Of a DNA stretch of 64,000 nt, positions 19,401 to 29,225 are shown in pieces. The DNA lies in assembly GCA_965603475.1 (NCBI GenBank), contig CBFDDD010000001.1, positions 111,157-175,156 of the forward strand. Direction: 5' to 3'. The position numbers were made by a program, and so were the translations under genes. Numbering within the stretch: position 1 is the first letter of the stretch; the number at the start of each line of letters is the position of its first letter. The notes under the pieces were generated by a model. The model did not search any database. It was not told the DNA's origin and saw nothing but the letters and a program-made list of their open reading frames with translations. This DNA is from an uncultured Myxococcales bacterium (GTDB lineage Bacteria > Myxococcota_A > UBA9160 > UBA4427).

Positions 19401-19431
19401 ACTAAACATTTAGTCTTGACTAAATGTTTAT
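19401..19431. promoter_or_regulatory. candidate TetR operator: ACTAAACATTTAGT-CTTG-ACTAAATGTTTAT
   Basis: 12-bp inverted arms TAAACATTTAGT / ACTAAATGTTTA with a 4-bp spacer. Each arm is itself near-palindromic. It sits in the AT-rich gap between the divergent TetR gene and the minus-strand operon. Confidence 0.5.
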
Positions 19432-19451
19432 GTGAAGGCAGACTGCCTGAC

Positions 19452-20153
19452 ATGTCAACGAGCAAGACAAGCCACCCACCACTCGCTTCAGGTGCAGATC
19501 CGAGATCGAAGCCGTCGAGTGGAGCCGCACTCGGCTCTCGCAAACGTCGTAGTCAGGCCGAACGTACGGCCGAGACCCGTTCGCGCCTGATCGATGCGAC
19601 GATCGACTGTCTCATCGACTCTGGCTATAGCGGGACGACGACCGTCGCGGTCTGTCAGCGCGGCGGCGTTTCACATGGATCTCTTCTCTACCACTACGGG
19701 ACGAGGGAGCGACTGCTTGGCGCGGCTCTGGACGCCGTCTACGAGCGGCTACGCAGGCCCGTCGTCGAGTCCCTCGAGCAGCTTCCGTTGGGCGAGGAGC
19801 GTGTCGACGCGCTGGTCGAGCTGATGTGGGGTGCCTTCGGAGCCCGGGAATTCAAGGCCGTGCTCGAGCTCTGGCTCGCGGCATCGAACCAGTCCGAAGT
19901 CGGCTGGGCCGTCTGGCCAGAAGCCGACGACTTCGATCGCGCGATTCAACCTTTAGCCGAGCATCTCTTTCCCGACGTCGCAGAGCGAATGCCCGATTTC
20001 TCGCTCTACATCAGTTTGATCTTTCAAGTCTTGCAGGGAATGGGGCTGGCGCATGCCACCTGGCCGCATGATGAAGAGGATCCCGTTCGAGCGCGGGTTC
20101 GCGAACTCCTCGGTCGGCTCGTGCGCGACGCTTTCCGGGTATCAGCGAAATAG
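19452..20153 (+). CDS. TetR/AcrR family transcriptional regulator
   Basis: HTH region TRSRLIDATIDCLIDSGYSGTTTVAVCQRGGVSHGSLLYHYGTRERLL. Confidence 0.85.
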   Translation: MSTSKTSHPPLASGADPRSKPSSGAALGSRKRRSQAERTAETRSRLIDATIDCLIDSGYSGTTTVAVCQRGGVSHGSLLYHYGTRERLLGAALDAVYERLRRPVVESLEQLPLGEERVDALVELMWGAFGAREFKAVLELWLAASNQSEVGWAVWPEADDFDRAIQPLAEHLFPDVAERMPDFSLYISLIFQVLQGMGLAHATWPHDEEDPVRARVRELLGRLVRDAFRVSAK

Positions 20154-20159
20154 TCAGAA

Positions 20160-21605
20160 ATGGGATCGACCATGCGAAGAATGATTCTGACGGCTGTATT
20201 GCTCGAGTTGGGCTTGTCCCTTCTATTGCTCGGATGCTTCTCGCCCCCGGACCTGCCGATCCCCGCACGCGAAGACGCCATCATTACTGGCGTCACCATC
20301 ATCAACCCTTTGGCAACTCGACTGGCGGATCACAGCATCGTCGTTCGGGACGGATTCATACGGGAAATGCGGCCACGACGCGCGAGCGACCCGGAGCCGA
20401 TCTGTGTCGACTGTTATGCCGTCCCTGGCCTGATCGACGTACACGTTCACACGCCGCCGCGGATCGTGTTGGGCAACCAACAGCTATTCGCGCTCCTCTA
20501 CCTCGCGCATGGCGTGACGACCGTTCGCGACGTGGGTGAATCGGAACCCAGTGTTGCGGAACTGGCGGCTCGTCTCAACGAGGGGAGCATGGTGGGTCCG
20601 CGGATGCTTCGTTGTGGCCCGGTGCTCGACGGTGATCCGCCCGGCTGGCCGGTGGCGGAGGTCGTACCCGACGGTCCCACGGGTCGGCGTATCGTCGATC
20701 GCCTCGCAAAAGACGGAGTCGACTGTATCAAGGTCTACAACGAGCTTTCGCGCGAAGCATTCGATGGGATCGCAGCGGCGGCTCGACGTCACGAGTTGCC
20801 CCTCGTGGGCCACGTGCCCCACGCGGTCGGGCTCGATCACGCGACGGATCTCGAGGTCCAGCACATGACGGGGATCCCCTATCTCTCGCAGCCGCGTCCT
20901 CCCCTTGGTTGGGACATCCGTGATGAAGATGTTCTGTCGCTTCGAGACGATGAGGTCGAGCATGCTCTCGGAGTGGCGCTGACCCGGCGGCTTTCTTTCA
21001 CGCCGACGTTGGCCAACTTCAGCTTGCGCCTGACGGCATCGGATCCAGCACGATTTCCTCCGAGCGTTGCTTCGCGAGTACTACCCGAGTATTGGGCCGA
21101 CGCCTGGGATCTGGTTGCCGGTCACCCTTCTACCCCAGAATCGATCGAACAGCGTCTACGTGCAGTCCCGGCGATGCGCGCGCTCGTCCGTCGTGCCCAC
21201 GAGCGCGGAATCGACGTTCTGGCGGGAACTGACACACTGATGCCGTGGGTTGTACCGGGTGATGCGCTGCATCGTGAAATGCTCGAACTCGAGAAGGCGT
21301 TGGGAAGTACGGAAGCAGCGCTGGCCGCCGCGACCGCAGTGAACGGTCGGCACCTGGCTCCCGGCGAGATCGGTCTGATCGCACCGGGGGCTCGGGCCGA
21401 CATTCTTCTGGTCACTGGGGATCCGACCGAGCGGCTCTCTTCGCTCCGCGACTGGCGGATCGTATTCGCCGACGGTCGTCGCTACGACCGCGAGACGCTC
21501 GACAGATGGCTGGACGACTATCAGCAACATTTTCACAGTTGGTTTCAGCGCTACGTCATGGGCCCGGTTGCGGGTGTCGCCGTCGGCCTGTTCGAGCACA
21601 GCTGA
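20160..21605 (+). CDS. amidohydrolase family lipoprotein
   Basis: Lipobox LLLLGC. Metal-binding LIDVHVHTP. Begins 6 nt after the TetR stop. Confidence 0.8.
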   Translation: MGSTMRRMILTAVLLELGLSLLLLGCFSPPDLPIPAREDAIITGVTIINPLATRLADHSIVVRDGFIREMRPRRASDPEPICVDCYAVPGLIDVHVHTPPRIVLGNQQLFALLYLAHGVTTVRDVGESEPSVAELAARLNEGSMVGPRMLRCGPVLDGDPPGWPVAEVVPDGPTGRRIVDRLAKDGVDCIKVYNELSREAFDGIAAAARRHELPLVGHVPHAVGLDHATDLEVQHMTGIPYLSQPRPPLGWDIRDEDVLSLRDDEVEHALGVALTRRLSFTPTLANFSLRLTASDPARFPPSVASRVLPEYWADAWDLVAGHPSTPESIEQRLRAVPAMRALVRRAHERGIDVLAGTDTLMPWVVPGDALHREMLELEKALGSTEAALAAATAVNGRHLAPGEIGLIAPGARADILLVTGDPTERLSSLRDWRIVFADGRRYDRETLDRWLDDYQQHFHSWFQRYVMGPVAGVAVGLFEHS

Positions 21606-21647
21606 AGCGCGCGCCCCGCGCGTTGACCGCGCGGGGCGCCAACGGCT

Positions 21648-22841
21648 TCATTGCATCTTGCGGTACATCGTCACTACGGCTGCACCGCCCAGGCCCAGGT
21701 TGTGCTGAAGGGCGATCTTGGCACCTTCGACCTGACGCGCGTCGGCTTGACCCCGGAGCTGCCAGCAGAGCTCTGCGCACTGGGCGAGGCCGGTCGCACC
21801 GAGCGGATGGCCCTTCGAGATCAGCCCGCCCGACGGGTTGACCACGACCTTGCCGCCGTAAGTCTGGGCCCCGGCATCGACGAACGCACCACCCTTGCCC
21901 TCTTCGCATAGCCCGAGCGCTTCGTACGTGATCATCTCATTGCAACTGAAACAATCGTGGAGCTCGACGACGTCGACGTTCTCGGGACCGAGACCCGATT
22001 GCTCGTAGACCTTCTGGGCAGCGGCCTTCGAGACGTCCGATCCGACCATTTTGATCATCGACTTTTCGTCGAAGGTGCTCGAGAAGTCTGTAGACATGTG
22101 CTGGCCGAGAATCTCGACGGCCTGGTCTTCGAGGCCATGCGCTCGGACGAAGTCCTCACTTGCGATGATCGCTGCGCCACCGCCGTCCGAGGTGGGACAG
22201 CATTGGAGCTTCGTGAGCGGGCCATAGACCGTGGGTGAGTCCAGGATTTCCTGGAGGCTGTACTCGTCGCGGAACTGGGAGTACGGATTGTTGACCGAGT
22301 GCTTGTGGTTCTTCCAACCGATCTTTGCGAATTGTTCGGCCGTCGTTCCGTAGCGTTCCATGTGTTCGAGGCCGGCATTGCCGAACATCTGGGGCGCGGC
22401 GGGGGCCTTCGCTTCGAAGCCCCGTTCCTCGACCATCACCTTGAAATGCTTGTCCATCGGCATGGTGCGATCGGTGTATTTCACACCGAGGGAGCCCTTT
22501 TCCATTTTTTCGAAGCCCATCGCCATGGTGCATTCGGAGAGGCCACCCTCGACGAATTGCTTGGCCATGAAGAGCGCGGTCGAGCCCGTCGAACAATTGT
22601 TGTTGACGTTGTAGATCGGAATGCCCGTGGTTCCGAGTTCGTAGAACGCGCGCTGGCCGCAAGTCGAATCGCCCGCGCAATAGCCGACCGCGGCCTGTTC
22701 GATGTCGTCGATCTTGAGGCCCGCGTCGGCGAGCGCCTTCTCGCCGGCTTCACGACCCATGTCGGGGTAGTCCCAATCCTTGGAACCGGGTTTTTCGAAT
22801 TTGGTCATACCGACACCGATCACGTACGCCTTGCGACCCAT
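21648..22841 (-). CDS. SCPx-type thiolase / lipid-transfer protein
   Basis: [19 protein letters not shown]... N-terminus and a C-terminal [17 protein letters not shown] thiolase signature. Confidence 0.9.
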   Translation of the reverse strand: MGRKAYVIGVGMTKFEKPGSKDWDYPDMGREAGEKALADAGLKIDDIEQAAVGYCAGDSTCGQRAFYELGTTGIPIYNVNNNCSTGSTALFMAKQFVEGGLSECTMAMGFEKMEKGSLGVKYTDRTMPMDKHFKVMVEERGFEAKAPAAPQMFGNAGLEHMERYGTTAEQFAKIGWKNHKHSVNNPYSQFRDEYSLQEILDSPTVYGPLTKLQCCPTSDGGGAAIIASEDFVRAHGLEDQAVEILGQHMSTDFSSTFDEKSMIKMVGSDVSKAAAQKVYEQSGLGPENVDVVELHDCFSCNEMITYEALGLCEEGKGGAFVDAGAQTYGGKVVVNPSGGLISKGHPLGATGLAQCAELCWQLRGQADARQVEGAKIALQHNLGLGGAAVVTMYRKMQ

Positions 22842-23049
22842 TGAGGAGTCTCCTTTGGAGAAAGAGGGAGAAAAAGTCTGCGCAGCGCAGAGAGACTGCG
22901 AGCGAGGATCGAACCATAGCGACCCCGTCTCCGCTCGTCGTGGGCCCTATCTCAGGGCTACGCGGCAGACCCCCGCAACCTTCCGCGATGGCTACACTTC
23001 GAAAGCGATCGGAAAAGGCCGGCGGGAAAGCCGGAGGAGGGCAGCCAGC

Positions 23050-23967
23050 ATGCGTCTCGGGATCAATGGGACCGGATTGGTTCAGCGTGCGTCGATCGAC
23101 GCCATCGTGGAGGACGCTGCAACGGCGGCCGGAGATGGCTTCTCGAGTTACTGGCTGGCAGAGCATCCGACGGGGGGATTCGACGCGCTGACTGTACTCT
23201 CGGTCGTGGGCCAGCGAGTTGCGGACATCGAACTCGGCACGGCCATCGTTCCGACCTACCCGCGGCATCCGCTTGCGCTGGCCGGGCAGGTCTTGACGAT
23301 TCGTTCGCTCATTGGAGATCGGTTGACGCTTGGCATTGGTCTGTCGCACGAAACCATGATGGCCCAACTCGGGATTGGCTTCGAAAAGCCGATTCGGCAT
23401 CTGCGTGAATATCTCTCGATTCTGATGCCCCTGTTGACGGACGGGAAGGTCTCCTTCGATGGCGAAGTGCTGTCGTGTCACGCGGAAGTTTTTCAGGCGC
23501 CCGATGTGCCTTGTCCCGTTGTCGTGGCTGCGCTGGGTCCACAGGCGTTGAAGGTTGCTGGAGCCCGAACGCAGGGCACGACCCTTGCCTGGGTCGGCCC
23601 ACGGACAGTGCGTGAACATATCAAGCCGACGCTGACCGCGGCCGCCGAAGCATCGGGTCGTCCGGCGCCCAGGATCATCGCCACCCTCCCGGTTTGCGTG
23701 ACCGATGAGGTCGACTCGATACGCGGGCTCGTGACAAAGCTCCTCTCGAATTATGGGACGCTTCCCTCGTACCGTGCGATGTTCGATCGTGAGGGCGTCG
23801 AGGGTCCGGGGGAGCTCGCGCTCGTTGGCGACGAGTCATTCGTGCGCGCGAAGATCGAGGAACTGGCGGAGGCGGGCGTCACCGACTTTGCCGCGACGGA
23901 GTTCACGCCGACCTCAGCAGATCGCGCGCGTACTCGCGATCTGCTGAAGTCCGTTCTCGAGGAGTGA
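23050..23967 (+). CDS. LLM-class flavin/F420-dependent oxidoreductase
   Basis: ATG 23050 with GGAGGAGGG RBS. GFSSYWLAEHP, IELGTAIVPTYPRHP. The upstream part of ORF 22780..23967 is non-coding-like. Confidence 0.8.
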   Translation: MRLGINGTGLVQRASIDAIVEDAATAAGDGFSSYWLAEHPTGGFDALTVLSVVGQRVADIELGTAIVPTYPRHPLALAGQVLTIRSLIGDRLTLGIGLSHETMMAQLGIGFEKPIRHLREYLSILMPLLTDGKVSFDGEVLSCHAEVFQAPDVPCPVVVAALGPQALKVAGARTQGTTLAWVGPRTVREHIKPTLTAAAEASGRPAPRIIATLPVCVTDEVDSIRGLVTKLLSNYGTLPSYRAMFDREGVEGPGELALVGDESFVRAKIEELAEAGVTDFAATEFTPTSADRARTRDLLKSVLEE

Positions 23968-23970
23968 GCC

Positions 23971-25968
23971 ATGCATAATCGGCCGGTCGGATTGTTTCTT
24001 TTCAGTCTGCTGGCTTGTCTGGTGGGCTGCTCGCCGGCGGAGCTCCCGACGCCGGATCAGCCGGTCCGTTCCGTATCGGAATGGCCCGCTTATGGAGGCG
24101 ATCTCGGCGGGCAGCGCCACGCTGGAACCAGCGTCATTCGTCGAAACAACGTCGCCTCCCTCGGACATGCGTGGACCTATCGCCACGGAGACGTTTCGGG
24201 GAACGACGACGAAATTCCCAGCAGTACGGCCTTCGAGAACACGCCCATTCTCGTCGACGGCACGCTCTACTTCTGTACGCCCTTCAATCGCGTCATAGCG
24301 TTGGATCCGGTGTCGGGTACGGAGAAATGGGTTCACGATCCCGACATCGACATGACCGGCCGCTATGCCAATCAGCTCATCTGTCGTGGAGTGGCGGCGT
24401 GGTTGGATGAACAGTCCGGCCCCGAGTCGTCCTGTCAGCGCACGATCTTTACCGCAACGAACGACGCGCGACTGGTCGCGCTCGATGCCGGGACGGGCAA
24501 GCTCTGTCAGGCCTTCGGCACGAAGGGGGAGGTCGACCTCAACGCCGCTGCGGGTGAGCAAAAGTGGCAGGGTGAATATCAGGTGACCTCGCCGCCCGTC
24601 ATGGTCGGAGATGTCGTTGTGGTCGGCTCTGCTGTGAGCGACAACGCGAGAATCGATGCGCCGAGCGGCGTCGTTCGCGGTTTCGATGCGCGGAGTGGAC
24701 GCCTTCGATGGGCTTGGGACCTGGCTCCCCCCGACTTCGACTACGACAGCGGTCTTGTCAGCGATGCGGGCTACGCGCTGGGCACCCCGAACGTGTGGGC
24801 ACCGATGTCGGTGGACGCCGAGCGTGGGCTGGTCTTCGTTCCGACAGGAAACTCGGCACCGGACTACTACCACGGCGAGCGCAGCAATATGAACTACTAC
24901 GGAAGTTCAGTGGTGGCTCTTCGCGGTGAGAGCGGAGAGGTCGTTTGGCACTTCCAGACGGTGCACAACGATCTCTGGGACTTCGACGTTCCGGCGCAAC
25001 CTACGCTCACGAGCATCGAGATCGATGGTGAGTCACGCCCAGCTCTCGTGCAGGCGACGAAGATGGGGTTGCTCTTCGTGCTGGACCGCGAGACGGGAGA
25101 GCCGCTGCTGGAAGTCGAGGAGCGGCCGGTGACGACCGCGGGTGCCGTTCCGGGCGAAGTGCTTTCAAAGACCCAACCCTTTCCTGCGATCCCGATACTC
25201 GTTCGGGATCAGATCTCACCCGAAGATGCCTGGGGACTGACACCGTGGGACAAGGGCCAATGTCGCGAACTGATCGCGTCCCATCGATTCGACGGAATCT
25301 ACACACCGCCTTCGATCCAGGGCTCGATCATGTATCCGGGCAATGCGGGCGGCTCGAACTGGGGCGGCATCGCGGTTGATCCAGATCGTCAGCTGGCCTT
25401 CGTGAGGAGCTCCGACGTGCCTTGGATCGTTCGTCTCATTCCGCGGGCGGATTTCCAGGCCGAGCGCGAGGCCGATCCGAAGCATGAGTATGGGCCACAG
25501 ATCGGCACACCCTATGGGCTACGTCGTGACATGATGCTGTCCCCGCTCGGTTTGCCCTGCGTTGGACCTCCCTGGGGCACTTTGTCTGCGATTGACCTGC
25601 GCACGGGCGCGATTCGCTGGCAGGTCCCGCATGGAAGTCTCCGCGATCTCGCACCGATTCCGCTTCCTCTCGATTGGGGGATTCCGGGGATCGGGGGGCC
25701 GATCGTGACAGATACGAACATCGTATTCATCGCTGCCGCGATGGATGATTACCTTCGCGCCTTCGACGTGGAGACCGGCGACGAACTCTGGAAGGGGAGG
25801 TTGCCGGCTGGCGGCCAGGCGACCCCGATGAGTTACCGCGTCGAGTTTGAAGATGGCAGTGTCAGGCAGTACGTATTGATTGCGGCGGGTGGGCATTCGC
25901 GTGCCGGAACGCGAATGGGCGACCACCTCGTTGCGTTTGCACTCGACGAGAAGCCGTCTTCGGAATAG
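23971..25968 (+). CDS. PQQ-dependent dehydrogenase (glucose/quinate dehydrogenase family), lipoprotein
   Basis: Lipobox LLACLVGC. Propeller repeats: ENTPILVDGTLYFCTPFNRVIALDPVSGTEKW. GAGGAG RBS. Confidence 0.85.
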   Translation: MHNRPVGLFLFSLLACLVGCSPAELPTPDQPVRSVSEWPAYGGDLGGQRHAGTSVIRRNNVASLGHAWTYRHGDVSGNDDEIPSSTAFENTPILVDGTLYFCTPFNRVIALDPVSGTEKWVHDPDIDMTGRYANQLICRGVAAWLDEQSGPESSCQRTIFTATNDARLVALDAGTGKLCQAFGTKGEVDLNAAAGEQKWQGEYQVTSPPVMVGDVVVVGSAVSDNARIDAPSGVVRGFDARSGRLRWAWDLAPPDFDYDSGLVSDAGYALGTPNVWAPMSVDAERGLVFVPTGNSAPDYYHGERSNMNYYGSSVVALRGESGEVVWHFQTVHNDLWDFDVPAQPTLTSIEIDGESRPALVQATKMGLLFVLDRETGEPLLEVEERPVTTAGAVPGEVLSKTQPFPAIPILVRDQISPEDAWGLTPWDKGQCRELIASHRFDGIYTPPSIQGSIMYPGNAGGSNWGGIAVDPDRQLAFVRSSDVPWIVRLIPRADFQAEREADPKHEYGPQIGTPYGLRRDMMLSPLGLPCVGPPWGTLSAIDLRTGAIRWQVPHGSLRDLAPIPLPLDWGIPGIGGPIVTDTNIVFIAAAMDDYLRAFDVETGDELWKGRLPAGGQATPMSYRVEFEDGSVRQYVLIAAGGHSRAGTRMGDHLVAFALDEKPSSE

Positions 25969-25972
25969 TCGC

Positions 25973-26800
25973 CTAGCGCGTCGAACGGGCGATGGCCGAG
26001 AACTGCGCCGCCATTTCCTCGAGTTCGGCATCGAAGGGAATGTCATGGGGTGTGTAGCGGGGTGAGTACGTCCTCAGCAATTTTGGCAAGAGCCCCTTTC
26101 TGAGATCTGGTCCGGCTTCGCGCCGCCGCGCGCGAAGTCCAGCTTCTCCGCCGCAACGCTCGATGGCCTCCGGGTCGGCTTCGAGCATGTATCGCGTCAC
26201 GCGGCGAATGAAGCTTGCCATATGCCACTGCGCGTAGAGCCCCGCAATGAGACGGTAGGCGTAGCCTCCACAGACATGCTCGTAGACGTCGAAGGCAACC
26301 GTTCGATGTTCGAGTTCTTCGACCAGGTGCCATTGGAACAGTGCTCCGACAGACGGATGCATATTGGGGTCGGGACCACGTTCGAAACTGGAACGGGCCA
26401 CGGCAGTCGTGAGCGCCTCGAATCCTTCGGCGTAGGCGAGATTGAAGCGGAGAGAACGGGACTTCGAGAAACGTCGATAGTCGGCGTCCAGGACCTTCTC
26501 GAGTTCAGCGAGTTTTGGGAATCCCTGTAGCCGAATGGCATCGTTGAGGCGTATGTGCTGCCGATAGTGCTGCCCCTCCTGGGCGCTGAAGCGTTCGAGG
26601 TCATCGATCAGTTCGGGGTCGCTGATCTGCTTCTTGGCTTCCTTCATCGTGCGGATGAGGTAGGGCTCGAGGTAGGGAAGCAATAGTGAGAGCCCAATCA
26701 TGATGTAGGACTGCTCTGGATCTCCTGCGACGACGACGGGATCGATGTCGGCCGGAAAATCGAAATCCATCTGACGAACGACGATGGGTTGGTGGCTCAT
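25973..26800 (-). CDS. predicted metal-dependent hydrolase (PF10118-like)
   Basis: MDFDFPADIDP...FSAQEGQHYRQH pattern. ATG 26800 overlaps the upstream stop (ATGA). Confidence 0.7.
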   Translation of the reverse strand: MSHQPIVVRQMDFDFPADIDPVVVAGDPEQSYIMIGLSLLLPYLEPYLIRTMKEAKKQISDPELIDDLERFSAQEGQHYRQHIRLNDAIRLQGFPKLAELEKVLDADYRRFSKSRSLRFNLAYAEGFEALTTAVARSSFERGPDPNMHPSVGALFQWHLVEELEHRTVAFDVYEHVCGGYAYRLIAGLYAQWHMASFIRRVTRYMLEADPEAIERCGGEAGLRARRREAGPDLRKGLLPKLLRTYSPRYTPHDIPFDAELEEMAAQFSAIARSTR

Positions 26801-27663
26801 TCGGACCTCTTCATCTTCTCCCAGACCATCTCGGGCTGGACATCTTCCCCGAGCAGGGATAAAGGGTGTTGCCGATCGACGTGGCCCATCACGTTGCGAT
26901 ACATCGAGTAACCGATCAGTTCCTGGAGTCGTCGCGGATAGCTCGCGACGACATCTCGCGGAGTACCGAGCATCAGATTCTGTTGCTGACGACACCATCC
27001 GGCTACATATTGAATCGAGAGGCCATAACGTTCTACGTTCGAAGTCGAGTTGGGCCCCCCTCCGTGCCACGTCGACGCGTGGAGAACCAATACGCTTCCC
27101 GCCGGCATTTCGGCCATCACGACGGTGTTTTCGTCTTCGGGTTGCGGCACGATCTCGGGCTTCAGATGCGAGCCGGGAATCAGACGCGTCGCACCGTTAT
27201 CCTTTGTGAATTCCGACAGGGCCCATAACGTCGTGACCATCGTGGCCGGATGGGGACGAGGAAGGCTGATCATGCCGTCGTCGGCGTGCAGGAGCTGTTC
27301 GGTTTCTCCCGGACCGATGTGCATGGAAGTCGTGCCCGAAAGGAGGATGTCATCACCCAGGATGGATTCGACCGCGCTCAATATGGTCTCATTGGTGACA
27401 AGGTCCCTGAAGCGCGGGCCACGCGCGATCAGGTTGAAGATTCGTCGAGTCCGAAGGCCTTCGAATTCGTTGTTGCCGAACGCAATATCGAACTCACGCT
27501 CGACGCGATCGACTTCGGCAATGAGGCCTGCGCAAGTCGCCGTGTCGAGGACGTTGGGAATGATCGCGTAACCATGGGCGTCGACGAGCCCCGCGACCTC
27601 CGCTTTGAGATCGGCCGCGTCGGCCGGTACCGTATTCAGGCTGGCGATGTTCTTTGTGGCCAT
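26797..27663 (-). CDS. phytanoyl-CoA dioxygenase (PhyH) family Fe(II)/2OG oxygenase
   Basis: GYAIIPNVL, HxD in LLHADDG, distal His in VLHASTWHGGGPN. Confidence 0.8.
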   Translation of the reverse strand: MATKNIASLNTVPADAADLKAEVAGLVDAHGYAIIPNVLDTATCAGLIAEVDRVEREFDIAFGNNEFEGLRTRRIFNLIARGPRFRDLVTNETILSAVESILGDDILLSGTTSMHIGPGETEQLLHADDGMISLPRPHPATMVTTLWALSEFTKDNGATRLIPGSHLKPEIVPQPEDENTVVMAEMPAGSVLVLHASTWHGGGPNSTSNVERYGLSIQYVAGWCRQQQNLMLGTPRDVVASYPRRLQELIGYSMYRNVMGHVDRQHPLSLLGEDVQPEMVWEKMKRSE

Positions 27664-27697
27664 TTATGAATTCTAGCGCAGACCATCGAGAGGGTTG

Positions 27698-28342
27698 ATG
27701 ACTCGAACGGAACGTGAGCACGTCCTCGATCCGAACCGGACGATTACGATCGTTTCGGGGCTGCCTCGCTCGGGCACGTCGATGATGATGCAAATGCTCG
27801 ACGCTGCCGGGTTGGAGGTGGCGACGGACGGTCGTCGCATCGCGGATTCGGATAATCCCAAGGGCTATTTCGAACTCGATACCGTAAAGCGTCTGCGAGA
27901 GGATTCGTCGTTCTTGCAGGCTGTCGTCGGCCAGGCGGTCAAGGTCGTTTCGCCGCTCGTTCCGTTCTTGCCGCCGGAGTATGACTATCGAATCATCTCG
28001 ATGGAGCGCGATCTGGCTGAGGTCCTGACCTCCCAGCGCGTCATGCTTGATCGGCGGGGGCACAGCGACCTTCGTCAATCGGACGAAGAGGAAATCGCCG
28101 GGGCGTATCGTCACCAACTCGAGAAGGTCAATCTCTGGATGGCCGGGCAGCCGAACGTCCGCACTTGCTTCGTCTCGCATCGAAAGGCGCTGAACTCGCC
28201 AGCGGAAACGAGTTTGGCGGTTTCTGTGTTTCTAGATGAGACGGGTGCGTTCGCGGCGACGACGAATGGATCAAAAGCGCGTGAACTCGCCGCTACTCGC
28301 ATGGCTGCGGTCGTCGATCCCCATCTGTATCACGAGTGCTAG
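27698..28342 (+). CDS. sulfotransferase family protein
   Basis: PAPS-binding-loop-like [17 protein letters not shown]. About 215 aa. Confidence 0.65.
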   Translation: MTRTEREHVLDPNRTITIVSGLPRSGTSMMMQMLDAAGLEVATDGRRIADSDNPKGYFELDTVKRLREDSSFLQAVVGQAVKVVSPLVPFLPPEYDYRIISMERDLAEVLTSQRVMLDRRGHSDLRQSDEEEIAGAYRHQLEKVNLWMAGQPNVRTCFVSHRKALNSPAETSLAVSVFLDETGAFAATTNGSKARELAATRMAAVVDPHLYHEC

Positions 28343-29037
28343 TCCTTCGCCTCGAAGACTTCTCGATAGAAGACACCCGCGATGATTGCGCCCAAGATGG
28401 GGGCGACCCAGAAGAGCCAGAGCTGCTGGATGGCCCAGCCGCCTACGAAGATTGCGGGGCCAGTGCTGCGGGCGGGGTTGACCGAGAGATTCGTGACTGG
28501 AATTCCGATCAAGTGGATGAGGGTCAGACCAAGACCGATCGCGATAGGCGCGAAACCTGCCGGTGCACGCGAGTCGGTGGCACCCAGGATGATGAAAAGG
28601 AAGGCAAGGGTCAATACGACCTCGGCGACGAACGCCGAGCCGAGGGCATAGCCGCCTGGCGAATGCGCTCCAAAGCCGTTGGACGCGAATCCCGCAGCGA
28701 GATCGAATCCCGGTGCGCCGCTCGCGATGGAGTACAAGACGGCGCTGCCCGCGATCCCACCGACGAGCTGTGCGCCGATATAGGGAGCGAGTTCCGAGGC
28801 TGGGAAACGTCCACCCGCGACGAGTCCGATGGAGACTGCCGGATTCAAATGACAACCCGAGATATGGCCGATCGCATAGGCCATAGTGAGCACGGTGAGG
28901 CCGAAGGCGAGTGCGACGCCCAGGAAGCCAATGCCGACTTCGGGAAAGCCGGCGGCGAGCACCGCGCTCCCGCATCCGCCAAAGACCAACCAGAAAGTGC
29001 CGAATGCCTCTGCAATTGCGCGTTTTCCGAGACTCAT
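28339..29037 (-). CDS. aqpZ: aquaporin Z
   Basis: Two NPA boxes (HLNPAVS, VNPARS) and [26 protein letters not shown]. Confidence 0.95.
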   Translation of the reverse strand: MSLGKRAIAEAFGTFWLVFGGCGSAVLAAGFPEVGIGFLGVALAFGLTVLTMAYAIGHISGCHLNPAVSIGLVAGGRFPASELAPYIGAQLVGGIAGSAVLYSIASGAPGFDLAAGFASNGFGAHSPGGYALGSAFVAEVVLTLAFLFIILGATDSRAPAGFAPIAIGLGLTLIHLIGIPVTNLSVNPARSTGPAIFVGGWAIQQLWLFWVAPILGAIIAGVFYREVFEAKD

Positions 29038-29225
29038 GTCAATCCTCCCGATCGGAATTGCCCGACCACTGAAACGTATAGAAAAATTCGCTTCTCACCA
29101 TGGATTCTAGAATGATCGTCGCCCATTCCGAGTGCCATGGCCATCCGATCCTCTCGACATCGACGGGAATGTTTAGCTGGGCGCATAGCCAGTTCGGGAA
29201 GCGCGATGCCCTTTGATGGAATTGA

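Noticed and set aside
22895-22935. GGTTCGATCC (tRNA T-loop-like) on the minus strand, in the thiolase/LLM intergenic region
   Set aside because: The flanking bases do not form a T-stem. No complementary acceptor stem or anticodon arm with U33 could be built by hand. It is probably a chance match or part of a 5' UTR structure.
22750-24873. Minus-strand ORFs 22750..23619 (289 aa) and 23914..24873 (319 aa)
   Set aside because: They are antisense to the LLM oxidoreductase and PQQ dehydrogenase genes. They are Arg-rich with no motifs.
28339-28342. Convergent sulfotransferase and aqpZ genes share the palindrome CTAG as overlapping stop codons
   Set aside because: This is a real but trivial consequence of TAG being half of a palindrome. 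It has no functional implication that I can support.
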